NCBI RefSeq assembly: GCF_001194135.2 | Contig: NC_068983.1 | Span: 117,027,565 to 117,091,564 of the forward strand | DNA: 64,000 nucleotides | Direction of reading: 5' to 3' | From: Octopus bimaculoides | Lineage: Eukaryota | In this document: positions 25,134-37,109 of the stretch, one piece after another | Layout of the letters: each line of letters opens with the position of its first letter | How positions within the stretch are numbered: the stretch's first letter is position 1 | The notes under the pieces: generated by a model | Seen by the model: the letters and a program-made list of their open reading frames with translations, nothing else | Database searches by the model: none | Told to the model about the DNA's origin: nothing | Translations under genes and position numbers: made by a program

Positions 25134-26889
25134 CAGTCTTAAAGATATTAAATATTAAAAAAAACTACAAGACTAAAAGATACTTATATGGGAAATTGTT
25201 TTGGAGAAAACGAACAAAATATATGTTTCTTCGCGTCTTTTTGCATTTCAATTCTTGAACAGTGCAGTGTCGATGAAGCAGAAATAGTGGTGAGGCTGAT
25301 CTATAAATATAGATTGATAAAGAGAACATGAACAGGAAAGAGATTCTCCAGAAGTGCTTGGTGCGGATGACATGCTGCTGAAACAACCAGAAAAGGAGAG
25401 ACCTGTTAATTTGAAATGCTTATCTAAGACTGGTACATAGTATTGTGGTACAAGACAATGAAATAAGAACCAATATAGTATAAAGGATTGAGATATAATA
25501 CTGTGAGTTAGTGTGACAGAAGTTTGTTCCAGGGAAAAGATTCGGGCCCCTGTGGGAATTTTATATTTGGATATTATGTAGAGTGATTCTGTGTGGAGCA
25601 GCACCTCACAATTTCACAATTCTGTTGGCAATATGCTAGGATGGATTGCACACAGCTCCTTGTGTTTTCGAAGCTCTTTAGAATTGAAGTAAGAAAAGCC
25701 AAGCAGTTTTTCTTTGGCTATAGTGATGTGGTCTGTATTAAAATCCATCCGTTATTGTGAAAGCTAACATTGATAGCAACTGTTTTCCTTAGAAGTAGGA
25801 AGTGTTCAATTTTGTAGGATTGTTTCCTTTGTAAATGTAACAATTGTATTTAAGTTCTGCTGAGGGAGAATAAAGTGTCGCATTCATAATGCAAACTATT
25901 TGCAGTTTATTTAACGATGCGCTGAAAATTGTACGTGAAAGGGACACAATCGCACGACGTTACGGTTGTGATCGAGAGATTATCCTTACGAGTGTTATTG
26001 GTTAAAAGCAACAAGGAATATGCCATTAATGCAGAGAAAGTAGAATGTATGTTACAAGCAAATTTTATGATATACACGGATATTTAGAAGATTGTTCGTT
26101 AGTAAATGTTCCAGTGACACAAGCTGCAGAGACGACTTTTTTAATGCCAGTGACAAAAGAAAAGTAGAGCATATAAACGGATTTTTATAATAGATTTTCA
26201 TGGTAAATAGGATTAAAGGATTTTCATAAAAAGTGTTTTGCAGAAATTCATGAAAATGATATGATGATGTACAATGCAAGATTGCAGGATTCCGTTACAT
26301 ACTCTGTGTGATTACGTATGATTATGTGTTTGTATGCTTATGTGTTTGTACAAGCATATCCAAGCGACATTAAATGTATGCGTTTCTATGGTAATCTAGT
26401 CTGGAATCTGTTGTTTTCCAAATAACTAGAGAAAATATTTGTGATTGCTAATGCGGATATTGAAAGAGAAGTTGTATTTGGTAAATGAAATAAATTAAGA
26501 ATGCAAGTAAATGAATATCCGGTATAAGAATGTCGTCAGCATTTAATTCCCCGAATATAAATTAATGAAAATGTAACTTAATAGTATTGAGTATTACGAA
26601 TAGCAGTTTGTAAAAATTACTACTGATACAGCAGCGACTTTTATTGTATTACTCAAGTTCTTCTCACTGCTGATAACAAAATATTCTTAAAAACGTATTA
26701 CCAACAAAAGAACATTTATACATTGGTATTGTTCATTTAATTCACTAGTCATTATTTTAGTGAACTTCTAATATAGAAAGGCAAAGTACACCCAACCAGA
26801 TTCTTAAAGTATAAACTTGCATGTCAGACATTTTATCTGGTGTTCTAAGAATTGTGTTACTATATATTAATGTTGTTGTTGTTGTTCCG

Positions 26890-27020
26890 GCTTTTAAAGT
26901 TCTGCCTTCAAATCACGCTGAAGTCAACGTTGCTTGCCTCTTATCCTTCGGGATCAATAATATAAAGTACAAGTCAAGTAATGAGGACCGTTGAAATTTT
27001 GGACTCGTGCCAAAATTTGT
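26890..27020 (+). mobile_element. Degenerate SINE family B fragment
   Basis: AAGTCAACGTTGC..ATCCTTCGGGATCAATAA..AAGTAC. Confidence 0.5.
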
Positions 27021-27289
27021 TGTTCACTGTGGTCTCCCTAAGCAACAGAATAGAAAACTTGAAGCACCCAGGATATCAATCACAAAAACATAGTTGACAT
27101 GACAGGTCTTAATTGCTAGGATCATCTCGAGAAGCTTAAATTTTATTCTTTCCTATGCCGCCGTGGCTGCTATATCACATGGAAATTATTCCAACAGAAT
27201 TGCCCAAATGATGTTGGATTAAACTTTAAAATTCACTGAAGGCTTGGTTCCTGTGCCATCCTCTACAGAAATCATGCTTGCGTCAAGTC

Positions 27290-27575
27290 ACAGCACTTTC
27301 ACTTTAACTAGTCTTAGTATCTTTAGCATCATACCATAAGACATTAACGGAGGAAAAGATCTCATAACATTCAAACGGTTCCTGGACGAATATCACCAAC
27401 AAATTCCAGATAAAGCACTGACACTCAGCTATATCTCTGCAAACAATAACACTTTACTTGAATGGGCTACGGTGCCCAAAGGATGACTGAAATATGAAAA
27501 ATCATTAAATGTCCTTTCTAGGTGGCGCTATTAAGTTAGTTTATGACCTCGGACAATTCTGGCTGAAACTATGCT
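27290..27575 (+). mobile_element. CR1-type LINE 3' end
   Basis: IFSIIP*DINGGKDLITFKRFLDEYHQQIPDK...YISANNNTLLEWA fits the FK..LD.FL..IPD C-terminal motif of CR1 ORF2, followed by a UTR. Confidence 0.7.
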
Positions 27576-27589
27576 AGGTATCTAATTAA

Positions 27590-27757
27590 TGGTACTTCGT
27601 TTGCCGTTACGTTCTCAGTTCAAATTCAGCCGACGTCGTCTTTGCCTTCCATCCCTTCGGGGTTGATAAATTAAGTACCAGTAAAGCACAGGATTCGATT
27701 AGATCGACTCGTTCCCTTCCCCAAAATGGCTGTCCTTGTGGCAAAATTTGAAAATGA
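27590..27757 (+). mobile_element. SINE family B (5'-truncated)
   Basis: TTTGCCTTCCATCCCTTCGGGGTTGATAAATTAAGTACCAG core. Confidence 0.8.
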
Positions 27758-28357
27758 ACTTGTTTTTATTAGCAAAAGAAAGTGAAAATGTTCTCTAGGG
27801 TGAAAAGTGAGATACTCTTTCCAATGAAAGATAAATGGATCAAATTTCAACAAGCAGTTCTTCAAATTTGTATTCATTTATTGAAAATGATAAACAGATT
27901 TCATATATTTCAATACTTATTGGAATCTAACATTAAGAAGGCATAACAACACAGCGCATATTCTCATTTATGTAGGAGCCAAATTTTGCGTCGAGTATCA
28001 GTCTTGCATTTATTTCTCCTTTCAGAAAAATTCCACAACAATTCAATACCTTTTAGTGACTCTGTGTCCAATATAGTATTTAGTCGACTCCAGAAAGTTT
28101 ATAATTTACTTTATTTTCATTATTAATTACGTTTGTTTCTTATTCTGTTCATTTTCTACGAGAGCTTTTTCTCTGTTTGCGAAACAAAAAAAATTCACTT
28201 TTAGCTCTAGCACGGTAAACACTTTCACTTTCATGAAACAGTAAGACAAGCAAATAAAGAATTTCAGTTTCTTGCTACCACTTTTTATTCTTTAATATTT
28301 TTTAAAACTTCTGCAAATTTTTTGTACAACTCATATTCTCAGTTATTATTATTGTTA

Positions 28358-28575
28358 AGTCGGCGAGCTGGCAGAGTCGTTAGCACGCTGGACGAAATGC
28401 TTAGTGGTATTTCGGCCGTTGCTACGTTTTGAGTTCACATTCCGCCTAGATCGATTTTGTCTTTCTTCCTTTCGGGCCGATAAATAAAGTACCGGTGAAA
28501 CACTGGAGTCAATGTAGTCGACTCATCCGCTCCCCCTATTTTATGCCTTGTATCTTTTGTAGAAAGAAGTATTAT
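28358..28575 (+). mobile_element. SINE family B
   Basis: GGCGAGCTGGCAGAGTCGTTAGCACGC head and core. Confidence 0.88.
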
Positions 28576-28582
28576 TATTATT

Positions 28583-28790
28583 GAGGTGGCGAGCTAGCAG
28601 AATCACTAGCACGCCGGACAAAATACTTAGCGGTATTTCGTTCAAATTCCGCCGAAGTCGACTTTACCTTTCATCCTAACGGGACCGATAAAATAAGTGC
28701 CAGTTGAGCACTGGAATCGATGTAATCGACTTAACCGTACACCCGAAATTGTTGGCCTTATACCAAATTTTCAAACCATTGTTATTATTT
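28583..28790 (+). mobile_element. SINE family B (directly behind the previous copy's ATT tail)
   Basis: GGCGAGCTAGCAGAATCACTAGCACGCCGG head and core. Confidence 0.85.
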
Positions 28791-30092
28791 ATAAGATTTC
28801 TTTTAATTGAAATCAAAACATTTTCCTACAAAAAGCGCGTAAAGTTAAAGATATTCTTTTCAAAATAATTTTAAAAAAAACTTGTTTCTCTTAGCAAAAG
28901 AAAGCGGAAATGTTTTCCAGGGTGAAAAGTGAGATACTCTTTAAGATGAAGGATAAATGGATCTGATATGAGCAAATAATTCTTCAAATTTGTATTCATT
29001 AATTGAAAATGATAAACAGATTTCATATATTTCAATACTTCTTGTAATCTAACATTAGGAAGGTATAACAACACAGCGCATATTCTCATTTATGTAGGAA
29101 CCAAATTTTTGCGTCGAGTATCAGTGTTACATGTATTTCTCCTTTCAGAACAATTCCACAACAATTCAATACCCTTTAGTGACTATGTATCCTATATAGT
29201 ATTTAGTCAACTCCAGAAAGTTTATAATTCACTTTATTATCATTATTGATTACATTTGTTTCTTATTCCGTTCATTTTTACGAGAGCTTTTTCTCTGTTT
29301 GCAAAAATAAATATTTCACTGTTAGCTCTAGCACGGTAAACACTTTTACTTCGATGAAGCAGTAAGACAAGCAAGTAAAGAATTTCTTTTTCTTCTTACC
29401 ATTTCTTATCCATTATTATTTTTTAACACTTCTACAAATTTTTTACACAGTTTTCTTATCTTTTAAAACTTCTGCAAATTTTGCACTAAAAATTTTATTT
29501 TCACTTTATATTTAAACAAGTTTAGCTATGGAACGAAATCGAAGATCAACAAAAGAAATGAGACAAAAGACGCAGAGAAGGAAATAAGTGAAACCTTATG
29601 ACAACGACACAGATAAGACGAGCCAGCGTGGCTGAAAAAGAATATGCAGCATATCTACAGAATCAACATATATATGCAAAGAGAGAGAAACGCGACGAAA
29701 TAACATGATTAGTTGCTTAATTTGAGAAATGGTATAAAAGAAGAAAACATCAAATGCAATTTAGCAGTCCAATTTGCTTCCTTCGGGAAATTTCCTAACA
29801 CTAGTACGATGTCATAAGACGAAATCAGAATGAAAAATTTGAACCGTGCACCATCAGAGAAATTATAAATCTTGCCTGTATATTAATGCTTTGTGCCTTA
29901 GAAATGGGCATCTATAGTTTTGTCATAATGGTAAAAAACGTCTTTGATGCGAATAATGAGTCACAATAATTTCGAATAATATCTGAAAATAATATAATTG
30001 AGCAGATTCCTTTACTTGATTCGATGCACAAATTACTAACCCCGAGGGAAAGATATCGTTCTACTTCAAAATTTCTTTCTACTTTTACACAG

Positions 30093-30285
30093 AAATGGAT
30101 CGCCAGAGTACGGTCGACTTTATATTCTTCATGCCATTGAAGATTCACAATACTTGACGGAGATAATACAATACTTGATAGAAATGCTGACTAAGGGCTT
30201 ATTACCTGCTCGATTTGTTCCACAAATGAGACGAGGCAGTGGCCTCCAAATACCTGCACAGAGGCCTTTGTGTTTCTTCGTCTAA
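30093..30285 (+). CDS. Probable terminal coding exon of an unidentified host gene
   Basis: TACTAAC branch-point match at 30034-30040; acceptor ATTTCTTTCTACTTTTACACAG|; phase-2 start; 63 open codons NGSPEYGRLYILHAIEDSQYLTEIIQYLIEMLTKGLLPARFVPQMRRGSGLQIPAQRPLCFFV*; GC-richer than flanks; AATAAA at 30535-30540. Confidence 0.6.
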
Positions 30286-30659
30286 GTTACGGTAGCGTTC
30301 GAAGCACAGTTTTAGCGCTTATCTGAAAGCTTTCTTCTCGTTCTTTACTCGACATGTGTAGTTTATTACAAATTTATAATTTAAACCGTAGCTTTGTGAG
30401 TTCCATATAACCAAAGTTCCGTTCTTCAGAAAAACAAACGAAAAGCTGATAAAGAAAGCAGATTTACACAATTCCCTTAGGAGATTTAACTGAGGGTGCC
30501 GAGTAGACGGTATCTGATAACGTGGACCGTTCAGAATAAATGATAGTAATAAAAGTAAAAAAAAGACAAAGTATATTAAAACGGAACAGTACTACGGGAA
30601 ACTTTATGTGGGGCATAGCTACAATATGAGAATATTCTGCCAGATTTACGCTTAAAATT

Positions 30660-30972
30660 TATCATTGTTTTTTGTCTCGAAGCGTTGAGATGTATTGTAA
30701 GATAGAGAAATAAATTTATTTCTCAAACGCGTAATAATGCTATAAATAGCGTGGTCAGGATAAATTATCCATATATTGCAGAAAAATACGTTACCGGTCA
30801 GCCATGAGACAGGAACTCACATCTCCGTGATTACATATCAAGTGTTTTACAATTAAACCAAACTGCCCAGAAACGAATTCATCTGTAATTTTAGAACTTA
30901 TAAATTTAGCTTCTTTCTGCATTATATGGATAATTTATCCTGATCACGCTATTTATAGAATTATCACGCGTT
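30660..30972 (-). mobile_element. Second copy of the tRNA-Thr-like inverted-duplication element
   Basis: Homologous to 4036-4490; tRNA-like sequence at about 30796-30868; inverted arms 30726-30785 and 30914-30972, running into a gap. Confidence 0.7.
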
Positions 30973-31460
30973 NNNNNNNNNNNNNNNNNNNNNNNNNNNN
31001 NNNNNNNNNNNNNNNNNNNNNNNNNNNNNNNNNNNNNNNNNNNNNNNNNNNNNNNNNNNNNNNNNNNNNNNNNNNNNNNNNNNNNNNNNNNNNNNNNNNN
31101 NNNNNNNNNNNNNNNNNNNNNNNNNNNNNNNNNNNNNNNNNNNNNNNNNNNNNNNNNNNNNNNNNNNNNNNNNNNNNNNNNNNNNNNNNNNNNNNNNNNN
31201 NNNNNNNNNNNNNNNNNNNNNNNNNNNNNNNNNNNNNNNNNNNNNNNNNNNNNNNNNNNNNNNNNNNNNTCATTGTTTTCGAAGATTTCAAATTCTATTC
31301 TCAGAAATGGCCATGAGCTAGCGGTCTATACCATCCCTTATTTCCTTTTGTCCTGAAAAACACTGAATGGAACTTCTTTCCTTTTTCCTCTCACTTTCTT
31401 GGTTTTGCTTTTTTGGGTTTACAAATTCTGTAAATAGTCATTCCTTTATTATTGCCTTTA

Positions 31461-31814
31461 GGAGTTGCAATGGCCCAGTGGTTAGGGCAGCGGACTCGCG
31501 GTCATAGGATTGCGGCTTCGATTCCCAGACCGGGCGTTGTGAGTGTTTATTGAGCGAAAACACCTAAAGCTCCACGAGGCGCCGGCAGAGGATGGTGGTG
31601 AACCCTGATGTACTCTTCCACTCTTACTTCATGTTTCTGTTGTGCCTGTAATTCAAAGAGTCAATCTTCTCATACTGTGTGACGCTGAATATCCCCGAGA
31701 ACTACGTTAAGGGTACACGTGTCTGTGGAGTGCTCAGCCACTTGCACGTTAATTTCACGAGCAGGCTGTTCCGTTGATCGGATCAACTTGAAACCGCGAC
31801 GGAGTGCCAACAAC
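31461..31814 (+). mobile_element. SINE family C with 13-bp target-site duplication
   Basis: ATTATTGCCTTTA at 31448-31460 and 31815-31827. Confidence 0.93.
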
Positions 31815-32619
31815 ATTATTGCCTTTAAGAGAACCGTTTATTTTTTTAGACATACACCTAAGTCCGTTTCCTTTAGTCTTATTAAATTATCTACGCTCAT
31901 TAAGGCTCTTCACTCGTCAGTTGTTTTGCAGTCAAACAGGTCCACATGATTGGAGATACCTGCATCCGTGTGAGCTGCTACCTCATTTTCATGTTGACAT
32001 CCTTCAGTTTATCTTTCCTCTATCGGATAATACCTGCTTCATACCCTATTAGTGATACTACTAAAATAATTGTTGGTATGATAATTCACACTTAGAGTTT
32101 GGACTTTAATATCTTCACTAACGGGACCCGTGGATATTTCGCGGAATTAATAGTAAACCTATTCGGTTATTTCTGAAAACTTTATCCAAAAAACCTGAAA
32201 GCGTAGCCTGTTTTGTGTCTGTATGGAAAGGCAGTCGCTCATCTGCTATTCATTGAAAGGTGAAGGAAATTGGAATCCGATGATTAATTAAGGCACTTTA
32301 TATATATACCTTATATACTTTATGCACAACTTTATAGACTAAATACGCAACACCCATAAAATATATATTCACTCTCATTTTTTCACTCTCCCCATAAACA
32401 AACAAAAAATATATTCTGTACATATGATACAACCTTTAGTTAAATTGCATGTATCTGCCACGTAAATAAGCGTCAATATTTCACGGAATTGCACTTATGC
32501 ACATATGCTAAGTGATCGGTGATATAAAAAACTTAGTTCAATCTAGAAAAATACACTTTTCACTATCCAGTCACCACTCCACCCCCATCTTCACTACCAC
32601 CACCACCATCATCGTCATC

Positions 32620-32659
32620 TCTCTCTCCTCTTTCTCTCCTTTCTATCCTTTCTCTCTCT

Positions 32660-32715
<56 letters not shown>

Positions 32716-32810
32716 NNNNNNNNNNNNNNNNNNNNNNNNNNNNNNNNNNNNNNNNNNNNNNNNNNNNNNNNNNNNNNNNNNNNNNNNNNNNNTCTCTCTC
32801 TCTCTCTGCC
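32620..32810. repeat. (CT)n microsatellite with gap
   Basis: CT runs flanking Ns. Confidence 0.95.
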
Positions 32811-33817
32811 TTTCGTTAATCTCACCATCAGAGCATCACCGTTCTGTTAAAATTATTACGTTACCCCAACCTCACGTCATGGACGCCTCTCTCTCTCTCT
32901 TTCTGCCTCACTCTTCGCCTCACCCTCTTCTTATTTCTTCTTTTCCCTTTTCCTCTCTTTCCTTGCAACTAATCATGTGAAAATATTACAATTAAATTCC
33001 CTCTACCTCAGGTCATGGACGTTTCTCTCTCCCTCTTTTTCTCTTTCCTTTTTTCTTTCCCCCTCTTTTTCTCTAATTGCATGAACGCGTTACCGACTGC
33101 TAAGTAATGCAATGACAAACAGAATTATTATAAGATTTATGAACATCTTTTTTACTGAGGAAATCGTTCATTTCACTTCTTTACGCTCTCCAATATCTGT
33201 AAGTTTCGTTCCATTCTAGACTTTGGTCACCTACTAACATGCAAATGTAACATCCTAATCCTTGTTGATACGCAAATCCATCAATTCCTAAATCCAGCTC
33301 ATCTCAGCTGCCAGACTACGAACTGTATTTTCACTCCATTCCAAAGAGAGATGCTTACTTAGAATTCATTCACTGGTTCTCATTTCTCTCAACTCGACAT
33401 CAACAATAGTGATTTCTATTTACTCAGTATATAATCTCTCTTGTATATTCACCCAAATACATTTGTACCTTTTATTGATCTTATAAGTCCTCTGACCATC
33501 AGAATTTTTAAGCCATACCTCCATATCTCCTCCTACGCAACGATGTCCAACAACTGAGGGCGAATTTAGTGCTTTCCTTGTTATCGCTGTCTGTAGCCAT
33601 AGTTTAACCTAACATTTTAGCTTATCCCAAAACAAATTCATTTCTGTTGTGGTTTTTCCATTGTATTCATAATGATCATTTGGACATCTATTTTGTATTT
33701 TTGGCTTTCTTGATACGTAATTGATTTTATATGTGTTTTGTTCATAGCTATTTAATATTAATTTTCCACAGTTCTTTGCTAAATATTTTGTACTTCGATA
33801 GCAAATAATATATATAA

Positions 33818-34143
33818 AATGGCACTCCGGCGGTTAGGACGACGAGTGTTCCAGTTGATCCAATCAACGGGACAGCCTGCTTGTGAAATTAACATGCAAG
33901 TTGTTGAGCACCCCAAAGACACGCGTACATTTATCGCAGTTCTCAGGGAGATTCACCATGACTCAGCATATAACTATGCCAGCCCTTTCAAATATAGGTA
34001 CTACTCATTTTTTGCCGGGTGAGTGAAGTAGGACAGCGTGAAATATAGTGTCACGCTCAAGAACACGTCGCACTGCCGGTTTTAGAACTCACGACCTTAC
34101 AATTATAAGCAGAATACGGTAACCACTAAGCCACAGCCTTCAC
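33818..34143 (-). mobile_element. SINE family D (3' half shared with family C, different head and centre)
   Basis: 33818-33960 is the reverse complement of the family C tail; 33990-34143 carries a different core and a tRNA-like head. Confidence 0.8.
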
Positions 34144-34329
34144 AAGAGATAATGCATAACAGTTTTCTAATGATAGAAGTCCCTAACACACTACTTTCAT
34201 GATAGATAAAATCTTACATTTAAATTATGTGTGGTGCATTCTAAATGCTCGTATTTTTCTTATTTTACTTTCTGTCTAATATTAGTAGCTTGCTTACCGT
34301 TAAGTCTATTGGATTATAACTCTAACTTA

Positions 34330-35260
34330 TTAGTAGGGCACGTAAATTATTCATAACTTTTAGCTTATTCTTGGCATTTTGCTGTTATATGTATCCCTTT
34401 AATGTTTCTACGATACACCTTCCGTATGCTAACTTCGATTATTGCATTGATAACCAAGTACTTATTATGTCAGTCATTAGTTTAATTTTCTTATCAAGGT
34501 TTCTTTTACTAGCATGATGTTAGCGATCTTAATTTTCTCTTTTTAAGGTGGCTTGGTACATTCTTCGAAACTGAATCTAATATTGATTTCTCATATCCAT
34601 TTATCCTCAGCAGAAATGTTTATAGTTGTTTATCATTTATAGCAGACAGCTTGAGTTCACTCATATTCAATAGATGGTTTATTATCTCATAGCATTTGTG
34701 TTTTAGTCCAGTACCTTGTATCATGTCCATTAAAAAGTGTTAGTATCAAATAAAGTGGAGGCGAGAACTATTATTCCTCTTTTAGTTTGTATCTGCAATA
34801 TGGTTTATCATATACTCATGACATGTTGAATATATCATACAATTGTGACGTCTTTATCACGATTAATGTTTCCTGGATTTACGTGTGAGGTGTACTAGCA
34901 AAACTATTTTGGTAACCGATCTATTCCATGCACAGACTCTTTTGACCTCTTCTTCAGTCTTTGGTTATGGATTTGTCAGTCAGTAGGAGATCTTTACACC
35001 TAAAAGACTTCTTGCATTATCTCTTCAACTTTTCTGGACGTAGATTGCATCCATGTGTGTTTCTGCAATATTATTCCCCGTCTGAAGAATTTGATCGTTT
35101 TTAATATCGGTGATTAAAATGCTTTTACTTTCTGTTTGATGTTGATCGCGTGTTTCTCAGGATGTCATTAAAGCTCTTTAAGAGCACCTTAGGTACATCT
35201 TTTAATTATTTTAACTATATTCTAATATTTCCAATGACTGTTCTGTGTTTTTAGCAATAC
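34330..35260 (-). mobile_element. Heavily decayed R4/Dong-like RT region
   Basis: TTTTAAGGTGGCTTGGTACATTC resembles 38562-38585 (FGLEKCTKATFK); other RT-like scraps nearby. Confidence 0.5.
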
Positions 35261-35491
35261 TTGTGTAGTGTTCCCTTACACTTCACTTCTTCATACAACC
35301 GTTAGTATTGCATACGTTTCTATTTTAGGTTTAGCAATTTCTTGTTAAAATCATTTTGGGTTAGAGTTGAACTGTATCTTTTGTTGAGGAAATCGATGTT
35401 GATTTTAATACTAAGTTATTCATTGGGATTTGGTGAGAATCTCTTGTTTCAAGCGATTTTCGATTTCGATAATTTTTCATTTTATATTACC

Positions 35492-35702
35492 GTGTGTGTG
35501 TGTGTGTACGTTTGTGTGTCCGTGCCCCCCCCCACCATTGCTTTACAACCGATGGTGGTGTGTTTACGTCCCCGTAACTTAGCTGTTTGGCAAAAGGGTC
35601 CGATAGAATAAGTACTAGGCTTAGAAAGAGTAAGTCCTGGAATCGATTCGTTCGACTAAACGTGGTGCTCCAGCATGACAAATGTCTGAAAGAAATAAAA
35701 CA
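35492..35702 (+). mobile_element. SINE family A, 3' half
   Basis: CCCCACCATTGCTTTACAACCGATGGTGGTGTGTTTACGTCCCCGTAACTTAGC. Confidence 0.85.
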
Positions 35703-35704
35703 AC

Positions 35705-35798
<94 letters not shown>

Positions 35799-36164
35799 AT
35801 GTATGTATAAATATAGAATAGTGGTACAAGGTACCAATGTTTACTGGAAATTGTAGTCGATAATTTTACGACGCTATAGTAAAGCTTCACTGTATATATT
35901 CTGCCAAAGATGTGTGCGGGCAGCAAACATAAAACCCGATATTACCTCTTCGAAGAACATAAGATAAATAGACAACCGAGAATTGGGTAATCTAGGACCT
36001 AAGTTTCGGACTCTTCAAAATATGATTGTTATCGTAAATTTAATCAGTCCTCCTCAGCTAGATTCACCAAGACAAAATTTCAACATCAGTGCCTGTATAG
36101 TCGCCTGAACGCCTAGGCGTTAACAGGACCGAGAACAGTGTAAAATATATACATCAGAGCTAGT

Positions 36165-36320
36165 TCAAATTTATAGAAACACAAAGGACGAAGACAGGTG
36201 AAGGAACAACAAGCAAGTGTATTAGTTTGTTGGTCAGCAAAAATGGAAAAAGTATTTTACGTTTCGAGCGTACGCTCTTCAAGTGAAAGGAAAAAGAGGA
36301 AATGAATAGAGAGAGAGAGA
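36165..36320 (-). mobile_element. Pseudo-LTR-like repeat with hammerhead-like motif
   Basis: GACGAAGACAGGTG..GTATTAGTTT..TTTTACGTTTCGAGCGTACGCTCTTCAAGTGAAAG. Confidence 0.6.
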
Positions 36321-36474
36321 AAAAAATCTGCATCATACATGTAGTCGCATATTTTTTATACTATGTATTGTATCACAACACATTCCTGCCCCTTTGTCCC
36401 ACATTCAATTTTACGTAACCGCCCACAAAATTGTAACCTGTCTTTATACGTCTCCTTCATGTGATGCCACCGTG

Positions 36475-36475
36475 C

Positions 36476-36548
<73 letters not shown>

Positions 36549-36555
36549 TATTAAT
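36475..36555. repeat. (TAT)n microsatellite
   Basis: Pure TAT run. Confidence 0.97.
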
Positions 36556-36559
36556 TAAT

Positions 36560-37100
36560 TAAGAAAGCAACACATGCCATTATTCGTACGCCGGGGTACT
36601 AATAGACGAAGCCCAATATTCCCATCATGACTACCCGTCTGATAAGACACTTGCATCACATCTATATGTGCGTGACATGATGATTTTTTATAATGATAAA
36701 CAGCGCATGACCTAGCAGGTGGGACCCAGTTAGAGTTTTCTCAGGCCGAGCAGCCCATCCCACTCAAAGTCCCTGAGTACGGATTATTTAAGGATGTCGA
36801 ACGAAACGCCCATGCTTCCCAATGTGAATTATTCAAATTCGAAAGAATTCATCTCAACACAAAGCTATGATTCTCCCCCACTACTTCTACTCGTGATCAG
36901 AGATGCACATATCGTCAGCCACCAAGGGACATGCTCAACTGGTTATGGTCAAACAACGGACAAGCAAATCTTGGTATTGAGCAGAATATTTGCTGCAGCC
37001 CAATTTTAACACCAAAACAAAACATGTAAATGATAGCACTTCCAAAAAGTTAAAACCAGAAGTCATGAGAGACACTGTCTGGTACTGCATCAGGGCATTT
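36560..37100 (-). mobile_element. Second, more diverged copy of the about 560-bp TAA-embedded repeat
   Basis: Colinear with 4910-5468. Confidence 0.8.
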
Positions 37101-37109
37101 TATTATTAT

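Larger units (their letters stand above)
27757..29490 (+). repeat. Local direct duplication of an about 570-610-bp AT-rich unit (27757-28330 and 28878-29490)
   Basis: Colinear sequences with point differences, e.g. AGGGTGAAAAGTGAGATACTCTTT and CACAGCGCATATTCTCATTTATGTAGGA in both. Confidence 0.9.

Noticed and set aside
25560-25800. Possible LINE RT remnant on the minus strand
   Set aside because: Resemblance to CR1/L2 motifs too faint to call.
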